Translations under genes and position numbers: made by a program
Notes under the pieces: model-generated
What the model saw: only the letters and a program-made list of their open reading frames with translations
Told to the model about the DNA's origin: nothing
Database searches by the model: none
Shown: positions 36,001-46,323 of the stretch, one piece after another
How the letters are laid out: each line of letters opens with the position of its first letter
Numbering within the stretch: position 1 is the stretch's first letter
Source: Lingula anatina
Taxonomy: Eukaryota; Animalia; Brachiopoda
Assembly (NCBI GenBank): GCA_051362555.1
Contig: CM120640.1
Span: 39,348,788-39,412,787 of the forward strand
Reading direction: 5' to 3'
DNA length: 64,000 nucleotides

Positions 36001-38777
36001 CGCTATCACCACCTCTTGTTGACTCTCCTTTTCCCTTTCTAGTAAAGTAGCAAATCAACATTTTTCTGTTAACTGAGTTCACATCATCGAGCGCGAAGTG
36101 TTGTTTTTGTTCGGTAAATAATGGTTTTTGAAAGATGCTGGTCTCATTCATGTTCAGAGTCACGCTTAATTTGCAACGTATTTATGCCCAGTATACAACT
36201 GGACAGTGTTTACAACATTACTGATAACATTATAGCTGCTACTCTGGAGTTGGAAGAAATAGCAGAGGTGGTTCTCAGGCTCTGTCCCTGGCTAGTGGAT
36301 GTATGGACAAGGGTATCATTATGCATGAGATTCTACACGCACTTGGCTTCTACCACGAGCAGAGCCGCGCTGACAGAGAGAACTACGTCACCATTCATTG
36401 GGATAACATCAAGGATGGTAGGTGGTCAGTAATGGGGGCAATTCAGATACCACATATTGTGAACGGTTGTTAAAAACCAAGTACAGTTAGAACAACAGAC
36501 AGCACTTTCTTATATTTTATGATTTTTAAATAGAATAAAGGCCGAAGAGTTTTTTCGCTATTGTTTCAATATTCAGAATGTATGCCATTTGGTTGTGCGC
36601 TAACAAGCGTGTGCTTGTGTGGGGTTGTGTTTATGCATTTTTTTTCTTCTGATGACGCGCTGTTGAGCTACCATTCTAAATGTCCCTATTACCTACATTT
36701 TCACAGGTAAAGGCTCTAACTTCGACAAGTACGAACTCGGCTATATTCAACACCTCACCAACTACGACTACGGTTCTATAATGCACTACGGGAGGTATAG
36801 CTTTGCTGAAGACAGGACCAAGCCCACCATCACCCCTAAACGTGACGGTGCGACCATTGGGCAACGCGTCGCTCTCAGCACATATGATATTAGTGAGATA
36901 AGGCAATTGTATAATTGCGGCGAAAGCGGTGAGAATTGCACTCCGATTTATTGGTATATTTCATAAATATTTTATTTTTGAAAATCCGCAGAAGAACAGG
37001 ACGATAGGCAGTATCTCAGTAATGTTTTTCTCATCGTAATAGCTTCACCCTTTTCAAAAACTTTTCATGTGCAAATTTAACAGTCAAAAATCAATTAATT
37101 TCGACTGAAGATGATTAAGATTAACCATGTTATCATATGACAATGGAAAAGAAAACAATGCTTTGCAACCAAATTAATTTTTTTTAAATCAAGTGTGCTT
37201 TTATTAAGATAGCACCAACACAGCGGCCACCAGCAAGCCAGTGACTCAAATACCTGTGACCCAAAAACCTGGTAAACGTGCAATTTGATTTTTTTTATTA
37301 ATGATTTTTTGATACTCTTTTGATAAGCCAGCGAAAAAGTAAATCGTATGCCCAATGCCCAAGACGCAAATATTTTTCTAGATGTTTACCACTAACACAT
37401 TTATAATTTCATGAACAGTCGGGGAAAAGGTTAATGCCCATCTAAGCAAGACTCAAGTGATTTTCTTTCTTTCACATTTTTCGTCCACTTCTAAGCGTGC
37501 TCACACACACACACACACCCACACACAAACACACACACACACACACACACACATTTATAATTTCATATTCTCCCTGTAGGAACCTACCTGTCTTTCTGTA
37601 ACTTCGATAGCGGCAGCCTCTGCGGCTGGACCCAAGACAGCTCGGACGATATGGACTGGACTCTGAAATCCGGGGCCACGAGCTCAGCAAATACCGGACC
37701 CAGTTCTGGATATGGCGGCAGTGGTATGGTCTTTGAGTAATGGTTTTGTCATAAATTCTGTTTGTCCTGATAATTATTGGATACGTGAGTCTTTTTGTCT
37801 TAGCTACACTAGAAAATGTGTAGTTTTAATATACTTCTTGTATAAATTTTGAAAGGAACCTACTTTCTTTGCCATGCAGATTTTATTGCATAAACTCATG
37901 CAATGTTGTTGGGGAGAGAAATATCTTCTCTTGTATTAATAGATCATGATCGTAGCACACTGGCTTAAACTTACCCTCCTTGTAGAAAACTAGGTGAAAA
38001 TGACTTCAAGATTCCTAATGTCCACATAATTCAGTAACCTTTTAATAAATTTAAAAAATCATCTTTTCTTTAAATCATCTACTATACCTCTAGGTAAATA
38101 CATGTACGTAGAGGCGAGTGGGAAATCGGCGGGTGCTGTGGCCAGGCTTCTCTCTCCACGTATATCTCACCGCGGCGGTTCCCAACAATACTGTGTGACC
38201 GTGTCCTACCACATGTACGGGAACACCATGGGGAACTTGATGATAGGTACCAAGCTCGGCTCCTCTTTGAAGACCATGTACACACTGAAAGGAGAAAAAT
38301 GCAACTTCTGGATAGTTATGCACCTTACTACCACTATTTCTTATTCAGGACCGTCCCTTCAGGTAGGTTTTTTTTTCAGGTCGGGGTGTATAGATTTCAA
38401 AAATAGTTGAAAAAGATCCAGAAAGATGCAAGGATGGGAGAATGCACTTTAAGGCAGTGACAGCGTTTCTTACGAAGCATAGCACCGGATTCTTCAGGCA
38501 GTCCGATTTACACAAGTTGTCCTTAGGTCATATCAAATCTTTATCAATATGGTTATGTAAAACTGCCCTTGTCTATTTTCAGACAAAATTACTCTTGTAA
38601 GACTAAGCGTTAAATATATTAAGAATGGTTTGGGGACGTAATAACAGTATATAGATTTGAAATTATATCTTTCTTTTTCAGTTCTTCCTGGCAGGAGAAA
38701 GAGGTAGTGGTTACAGCAGTGACATAGCCATCGACAACGTCAAGATCAGCCGTGACCGATGTTTACAACAACAATAA
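33035..38777 (+). CDS. Secreted astacin (M12A) metalloprotease with C-terminal MAM domain, copy A, 12 exons
   Basis: Exons 33035-33085, 33536-33560, 33806-33859, 34222-34265, 34494-34590, 35766-35901, 36236-36417, 36707-36928, 37209-37271, 37580-37723, 38094-38362 and 38682-38777. Signal peptide [18 protein letters not shown], pro-peptide FEGDM, activation site R/NAL, zinc motif [18 protein letters not shown], Met-turn SIMHY, Thr/Pro linker, MAM (CNFD..LCGWTQ...YHMYG...DIAIDNV). Confidence 0.92.
34745..35607. mobile_element. Non-autonomous PIF/Harbinger-type element in astacin A intron 5
   Basis: TIRs AGCCTCTGTCACAAC and GTTGTGACCGAGGCT (14/15 match). TTA on both flanks (34742-34744, 35608-35610). 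Absent from the paralogous intron of copy B (empty site near 48460). Confidence 0.85.
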
Positions 38778-39142
38778 GTCTAATTATCTGATGAAAAAAA
38801 ATTCACGCTATTTAATACGGAGGGCATTTTACAGACCGAAGCATGTAAACCACTTTTCCACTTGAATTCTATTAATATTATTTCCATAACATATGATAAG
38901 TAGTCTTTATTTTTATAATTACATTAATTTAGATACTTAATGTCCCGTCTGACTCACCCTTTCCTAAACTCTATCTGTCAGGTAGCTGAAATAAAAAGTT
39001 TCCTCACTTTTTCATACTTTTCCATTGTTTTTTTTCTAAAAAAAACTGTTAAAAGTATATTTTGAAGGCATTTTCTAGTCTTCGGCAATTTCCGTAAAGC
39101 TTAGGTCTGTGTAACGGGTATTATATACTGTCAATAACAATC

Positions 39143-39217
39143 GGACGGATAGCAGGATTTGGATAACTTCTTTGGCTGCCAAACACGGTGGATTGGGTTT
39201 GAATCCCATTCAGTCCC
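39143..39217 (+). other. tRNA-like degenerate sequence (tRNA pseudogene or SINE head; Gly-GCC-like loop)
   Basis: Acceptor-like stem GGACGGA/TCAGTCC (6/7), A-box-like TAGCAGGATTTGG, T-arm TGGG-TTTGAAT-CCCA and loop CTGCCAA. The D and anticodon stems do not pair. Confidence 0.45.
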
Positions 39218-39567
39218 GTTTTCTTTTCTTTATTTTTTTCAATTATTTATGTTATTACAGAATAAAGAATATAAAGAGATTCTATAAATCTTGTATACAA
39301 TTCTCTTATCTTGGGTTAATGATTGATTTTACGGGTATCAGCTACATATAGTGCTGTTGTAGTTTCAATCACAAGAAGTAATTAGAAATAGTAGCAGTAA
39401 ACATTGTATCATTATTTAATTTATTCTGTCGGTGAATAGCTATGTATGTTTGTACTTTCATTCTTACCTACACGAAATAAACTTTATCGTATATTGTTTG
39501 TACATGTAATCAGTTGAACTAACTGTATTATACTGACCTCGACCTCCAAATTTAGCAAGAAATGGTG

Positions 39568-39581
39568 CTGCCACCGCGCGG
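39568..39581 (-). promoter_or_regulatory. Duplicated CTCF-consensus site inside the FBXO21 relic
   Basis: CCGCGCGGTGGCAG, identical to 30385-30398, within a roughly 30-bp block that differs at one position. Confidence 0.6.
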
Positions 39582-40127
39582 ATCAGACAACCATTAAATT
39601 CTACAGAGTCGGGACATACATAATGTATTGTTACCAAATGATATGCAAGTTATTGTACCATTATAATTACTTAATTTTTCAATTATGAAAGATATATCTC
39701 ATTTGTTACAAAAAGTCTAAATTTTTTAATCACTTGCCAATTTCTTCTGAGAAAAAAGTGATTTTTAAAATCTTTTTTCAAAAAAAAAAAAAAAAAAAAA
39801 AAAAAACTAACACAAAGTCTTGAAATACTTATAAATTTTTATTCAGTGATTGTTTAAATATAAAACAGCATTCCATACAACTAGAGAACTACTCATTAAT
39901 AACACTGTTCCCCTATTGTTTTTTCATTTTCATTTTTTTATCTATTTATTTGATTTGATTATTATTATTATTATCATTATTATTATTATTTTGAAGAATA
40001 TTTTATAGTTTTGCATAAAAGGCCTTTGGTCCTTTTATATAGGTCTGTGAGGATATAAACTGGTAGAGTCAGAAAAAAGAAGTGTGTGCATTTCTCATAA
40101 TCTGGAAAAATTATCTTCGTCAATGGG

Positions 40128-42572
40128 TTACTTCTCTACGTTTGTAAAAATGTCTGGAAATTTAACTTCTTGCACCGGTTGTTCTGAAACTAAGGCCATA
40201 ACGGCGCCATTTTTTGTGTCATCTTCCACCAGCTGAATGAAAACGCCCGCTACGGCATTTGTACTGAAAAGAAAGGATAATTATTTTGATGAATGATAAT
40301 CTCTCAAGTTTATTAAAATTACTTTCACAAATGCCATGCAATACACCCAAACCTTTTCTTATGACGGCGTCGTGGGTCTATATAATTACAAGTATGCTTT
40401 TTTTATACATGTACACCATTAAACAGTTGCGATTTCTTCTTCATTTTCGTCATTTCTTGAATTTTTTAAAAACATGATACAAAAAAAATCGAAAACGTAA
40501 ACCACCCTTGAGTATGAAGGAAAACCAATTTTGAAAAAAGTAAATCTCATATACTAACACAATATAGGACAAGTATGCACCCTACCTTAGTTTAAGACTT
40601 TCTGACATAATGGCAACCAGAGCCTCTGGATGCAATAGGCCCTTGGCTCTTTTCTCCTCTACGGTTTCTTCTTTTGTCATCTGAGTATCAGTGAAACCTG
40701 GGCATATACAGTTTACGCGAACCTGGTGCTGGTCGTAGTCCATGCTCGCCTGTAAGTGTCAAAGAAGGTGGAGTATTGAGGCAAATATATGAAATCTTAA
40801 GAAAAATGATGAAAAATCCCTAGACATTAGCTAGTGGTGTGAGGGTTTATGAATCAATCCGTTCGAGTGATCCTAGATTCAGGTTAAATCAATAAATTGA
40901 GGTTGATCTGTTTGTGTCAAATTGCCTATAAAAGATAAAAAAATTGCAGCTTTTACACATTAAAACAAGCGGAAAAATCAAAGACCTAGAACTCACTCCC
41001 CAACTCCGTGTGAATCCTATTACCCCCGCCTTTGTGGCTGCGTAGGTAGGCACCATTGGGACAGCCGTTAAACCTGAAGCAATAGGTTGTGACAGAATAA
41101 GTTAAGCGACCTAACACACACACACATACACACACACAACTGCAACTTCACACACACAAAGATTAAGGAACCATGCTCACCTGCCATTGAGGCCATATTG
41201 ATTATTACACCACCATTCCCTCCTTTGTCTTTTCTAAGGAAATCCAAACCCAGCCACGTGCCACGGACCACGCCCCCCTAAAATCAGAATCAGCTGTGTC
41301 ATGCTTCTTCCTTTTCTTCACCGCCACAATCTCGAAAATACAGGCCTTTTGATCCCGCGATATTGCTTTAAATTTGGTATAAATTGATCTTTATGTAATA
41401 ATATTCCAAGCTTCCTAATCAAAATTTACCTTAACCAAAAGTTGGGATATTGAATCTATTATATTCTATTATATACACAGTGTATAATATTGTCTGTTAC
41501 AATGGCATTTAGAACAATTATTGTCTGGCTAATGGTATTTAGAACAATTGTCACCCACCGGTATTACTGTTACATCGACTTTTGTAAAAAAAAAAACCCA
41601 CTGGTAAAATTTAAAAAAAAATGCATATTTTTCTAATTTAAGAATATGCTGACTCATGTGTCACATACCAGGTTGATGTCAACGCAGAGATCATACTGTT
41701 TTTCATTCGTTATACCAGCATTGTTCCCAATTATGTCTAGACGCCCAAACTTATCTGTCGTTCTTTGCATGGCAGCTAAAAAGAATTGAATAGTTTAGAA
41801 AAGGCAGATGTAGGTACTAAAATCATAACCTTCTTTCCTCTATAGCATTTTACATGAATGCCCAATATTATACGACCTAAACTAAAAAAAATGAAATTAT
41901 GTATTGTCCTTTCTTAATATTTTTCAAAATTTGCCAACAAAGTACCTTGTCCCAAGTGGATATGAAAAATAAGATCTCTGTCTGAAAACTGCAGAGACAT
42001 GCTGATTATAAAGAAGTGAGTTGCCAGTGCCCCCCCCCCAAGGGTGCATTCAGAACCAGTTGTACGCGGACTAACTAGTGCGCTTTCAAGTGGGTCGCGC
42101 CAAATTTGATCCGCGCACTAGTTAGCCTGCGTACAACTGGTTCTAAATGCACCCTTGGGGGGGGGGGGGCACTGGCACATGCCGAGATTCAATTGCTGGG
42201 ACGGCACTCGTGTAAGGCGTGAACCCATTGTCAAGTGCGCGTCATATTTGATCTGCTGACTAGTTCGTGAACGCAGCCTTAAACTCAGGGTGGATTGTAT
42301 AGAATCTTACATTTAATGCTGTCTTTTTTGGTGACATCACAGTGGAGGAATATTACACGGTCGTCACCATATTGCTTCGCGAACTCTGTGACTGTTTTCT
42401 CTCCAGTATCACTGTCAACATCACACACAGCAACCTGATGGATGAAAAGAGATTAATAAAGTCAAAGACAGGAACTTCCTCCGTGTCTTCATGTTGAATA
42501 GTCCGAAGAATGCACTGACCTCACAGACTGAACAGAAACACAACTCTCTCTCTCCCTCTCTCTGTGTGTGTG

Positions 42573-42612
<40 letters not shown>

Positions 42613-42934
42613 GAGGGTGCACCAACTTGGTATGGGGGGAGGGTAAATGAAAGCATTTTGCTCCTTGTTATGGTCAATAGATCAATTCGTGAACTACCAG
42701 CCGATGCGTGAGCTGCTGATTTCTAAAACCAACTGAAATTCTATATTAAAACATTCAAATTGGCCGTAACACCGCCAGTTGATTCTTATACAACTTGGTA
42801 AGGTCAGATGGGAGAGAATCTACATTTTGGGACCTACTTACATTTGCCCCTTTCTGCAGGAGAGCATCAGTGACAGCTTTCCCGATACCCTGGGCCGCAC
42901 CGGTGATGAACGCAACTTTGTCTTTTATCTGCAT
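40128..42934 (-). CDS. HPGD: 15-hydroxyprostaglandin dehydrogenase [NAD+]-like short-chain dehydrogenase, 7 exons
   Basis: Exons 42934-42842, 42434-42311, 41775-41669, 41277-41181, 41073-40997, 40749-40586 and 40263-40128 (93/124/107/97/77/164/136 nt). Motifs [11 protein letters not shown]-type Asp (VCDVD), [23 protein letters not shown], catalytic [13 protein letters not shown] and EDDTKNG. Confidence 0.88.
42022..42177. mobile_element. 156-bp fold-back MITE-like palindrome in HPGD intron 2
   Basis: tgccagtg(c)n-aagggtgcattcagaaccagttgtacgcggactaactagtgcgc is mirrored by gcgcactagttagcctgcgtacaactggttctaaatgcaccctt-(g)n-cactggca. Confidence 0.75.
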
Positions 42935-44134
42935 TTCTGTACTTTAGTGGCGTTCACAGAGTTTCCTGGACAATGATTTAATTCAATCTCACCACCCAGT
43001 TTGTATATGTATATGACCCGCTGATAATGAAGCTATGCAAACTTCATGTATCAGTCACTTATCAATGATTGTGTAAAATCTTGTATCAATAACATTTGCA
43101 ATCAGAAATAGGCTAACCATACAGTATAACCACCTCACTATAACTATGCCAGCACAAGGCCAAGCTCTATAGATTTTTTTACCAAAAGCAACTAATAGAA
43201 AGAGAGAGAGGGGAAATGTAAACAGGAAATCTAAAAAAAAACGTCTCTGTCTTTATTATCTATTTCATATATCTTTATATCAGACCTTAATGGACAAAAT
43301 TTTTTATTTATCATTATTGCCCAAATGATTTGCCCACAAAATGCAAATTATGTGTAAGATACCCGTATAAATGAAGTGGCCTTTGCTTTATACATTATAG
43401 TAATCATTATAATAATTCATTCGTGAAAAATAAATTGATGCTGTGCCTAATTATGAGGACAGAGACAAGTTTGGGAGGGTTTCATGGAAAAAAAAAAAGT
43501 GTTTTACAGAGACCCTCCAAAGTTTATGTCAAAAATTACACTTTATTTTTCAAAGATGATAAATCCACCTTTTCTGATGTCCTGCATCCTGCATGTAGTC
43601 AAACTAAATCAAATTTGTAGACTCATATTCAATCAACATTGTAATTTTTATGGGGCACATTTTTATTTGGTTTCGTCTACTTCGTTGCATGGCAAGCAAA
43701 TTAATCTAATCTAATCTAATTAAAATTGCTATCTATCAATGATATAAAAGCATTTGATTCTCTCCCAACCTAGATGTCACCGCTCCCATTACCTGTAAAA
43801 TTCACTCTGATATTTTTTCAAACAAAATGTATGAACATTTTCTACTCTAAAAGAAGAGACAGAACCTTGACCATATCCATGATATAATAGTCCAGAAAAT
43901 ATGGATAACTCTGCTTATGCTGTCTTGTTGTGCTGCATTATGTTGTGTTTAAAATATTCATAATTGCCAGGAAACACGAAATGTAATTCAAAGTAAGATC
44001 AATCACGACACCCTTTTATGTGGGAACCGAAAAAGTCCATCTTGAAGTCAACCAAGTTGGTATTGTTGAGCTAAAACGTTGAGCTAGAATTTACAGATCT
44101 TTCGGTTGATCGTTCATTAGAAGCTGCCTACACT

Positions 44135-44419
44135 TTAAGTTGTATTTCTAGCATTTGTTCTGTTCTGTTCATGCCAGGATTGCCTTGTTTCACGCTTCAT
44201 TTTCTCTAATTCCATCCTCAGTAATAAACTGCTCCTGTTTCCTGCTGTCAATGTACTGTTTGGCAAAGTCATAAGGGCCTCGATCCTAGATTTTTTTTCT
44301 GTCAGGTAATCAGTCAGTATGAAATTCAACACTACCACTACGCATACAAAGAAAAAAACTGTAAATATGTTCTTTATCCACGAACTTTCTACAACTTGCT
44401 GATTATCTGAAAAGTGCAT
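44135..44419 (-). CDS. Putative small single-pass membrane protein or isolated exon, copy 2, unidentified
   Basis: 94-aa paralog of 31433-31750 with 7 amino-acid differences, all fairly conservative (R/K twice, M/I, A/T, I/V, S/T, D/E). Confidence 0.4.
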   Translation of the reverse strand: MHFSDNQQVVESSWIKNIFTVFFFVCVVVVLNFILTDYLTEKKSRIEALMTLPNSTLTAGNRSSLLLRMELEKMKRETRQSWHEQNRTNARNTT

Positions 44420-46323
44420 TCTCTCTGGCTTATTAAAAAGTTATTGAATGAATGAATGAATGAACTATAATGTTGGGTAAATAAAAGCAAAGGAGATATT
44501 AAATGAATAAGCAAAGGTTGACTCGCTGAGATGGATTGCAACGAAGATTATCCAGTATAGATTTGCGCTTTGCATCAATATGAACTTCGTTGAAATTCTG
44601 ATGTCAGCCGTTCCCGTACCCGTGTGTCCACTTCAGTAAATCATACAACTGTTTCGTTCATTTTCATCTGAACAAAAAGCTCTTTGTCGGCTTCTTTTTC
44701 TCCCAAACACTTTTAAAATGCGTCCTTTACTCGTCCGGATAGAAGCAGCTTTAGTGATCTTCGTCTACCCTCGTCCTGGTCGGGTTCTTTATACTTCTAA
44801 GTATAAAACATGAAAATGATTTCGCAGGATGACAAAGCAACTGTGAACCAAACTGCAACAATCTTGATTGGTCTACCTGGCCAACTGTCAGTAAATGGAT
44901 ATAAACAACTTGAAACAATATATCCTTTCTTCTGTGTTATCTTCGCAAGTTCCTAACCAGGCGGACGAAAGTAAGTGAAAATATGCCTTGAGACACGCTG
45001 GAATGCTAGTTACCCGTAGATCTGTGCACTCACTGTATACGAAATATCTTAAAACATTTATTATACTTAAATAATTAATTCAACGATGAATAGACGTGCC
45101 TCAATGACTATTAAGTTCTCAAACGTAGGGGAGCCTACACTTTTAGAACAGGTTGTTAGACCAACCTAATCTCTTTAGGTAATGCAAAGTCCACCTCCAT
45201 TTTCTCTTTTTTTGCCCGCATAAGTGACCTTTTATCTGCGTTATAATTTCTCCAGTTCTCTTGTCTCAGATTATTCTATGTATACGGTTGATACTGGTCA
45301 TGAAATTTAAATGTGCTATGATGGGTGGAATGGAAATGTGGATGTCAAATGATTCCCCATGGATCAATCATGTCCCCCTGTTGAATAGCTTCAATGGTGC
45401 AGTGACGTACAAGCTTCTCAAATAAAGATACAAAGCCTACCTTCATAAATACAGGTGCCTTTATTGATCACCCTGAGTTTCAAAGGTCACCTAAAGCTGA
45501 ACTATAATACCATGACTGCCATTTTCAGAAAGACGAGTTTCCAGGGACTTCTGAAACTCTGGGCCATTATATCACTACTGAAAACGGGACGTATTTAACA
45601 TATGATCTGTTAGAATTTAGTGTGAGACCAAAATCTCACTTCACCTTACTCCAGGATGAATTTGTTGCCACATGCATGTATTAGAATGTCATGTTGTGTC
45701 CAACCGACGGCGTAAAACATTCGCCGTTTTATTTATGTGTGTGCGTCTGTGTGTGTGTGCCCAATAACCCAATTTAAACGAATAGTCCACAACTATAACT
45801 GAGGTAATGTTGAGTTCTCATCCGTATCACAACTCTGCATCAGTTCACCTGAGAAAGACCTTGTGATAAGGTCGTGTGACCTACATTTCAAAACGTAGGA
45901 TCCAGTAGTGGAGTCTATTTCATTTTCAATATCATCCTATTTTTAAGCAAAGTATTGACTTCAGACTATAAATGCTTTGTAAAACTTGATGTTTAATTAT
46001 TTCATTTTTTTTTTATTTATTTTAAATGATTTGGTCTTCATAATCATATTTTGGCAGCAAATAAAGTTCATTAAAATGAATTCAATTTCAGGTAAACATT
46101 TAACTCAATTTGAAGTCTGCCACAAATACAGTCTATGCCATACAATGAAATGTGAAATTATCTACACGTGGAGCGATCTCATCGGCTTCCCACCGGAATC
46201 GTGATATTCTTTATCCTAAGCTCCGCTAACCGTTTATCCAGGACCACGACCGCGGGACATTTTGAGCCAGTCGTTTATTAGGGCGCGTTGGAACTTCGGT
46301 GGTCAGTTCAGGCGACGAGCAAG

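Larger units (their letters stand above)
28720..38880. repeat. Tandem segmental duplication, unit 1 (FBXO21 5' part, orphan ORF, astacin A)
   Basis: 28725-28930 matches 38925-39030; 30350-30500 matches 39530-39690; 30500-38880 matches 43205-51540 collinearly. Confidence 0.85.
38925..39690 (-). pseudogene. Decayed relic of the 5' part of FBXO21 (part of exon 3 with its donor, plus promoter fragment)
   Basis: gatacttaatgtcccgtctgactcaccctttcctaaactctatctgtcaggtagctgaaataaaaagtttcctcact aligns with 28734-28810. 39533-39690 aligns with 30350-30505. Exons 1-2 are deleted. Confidence 0.8.
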
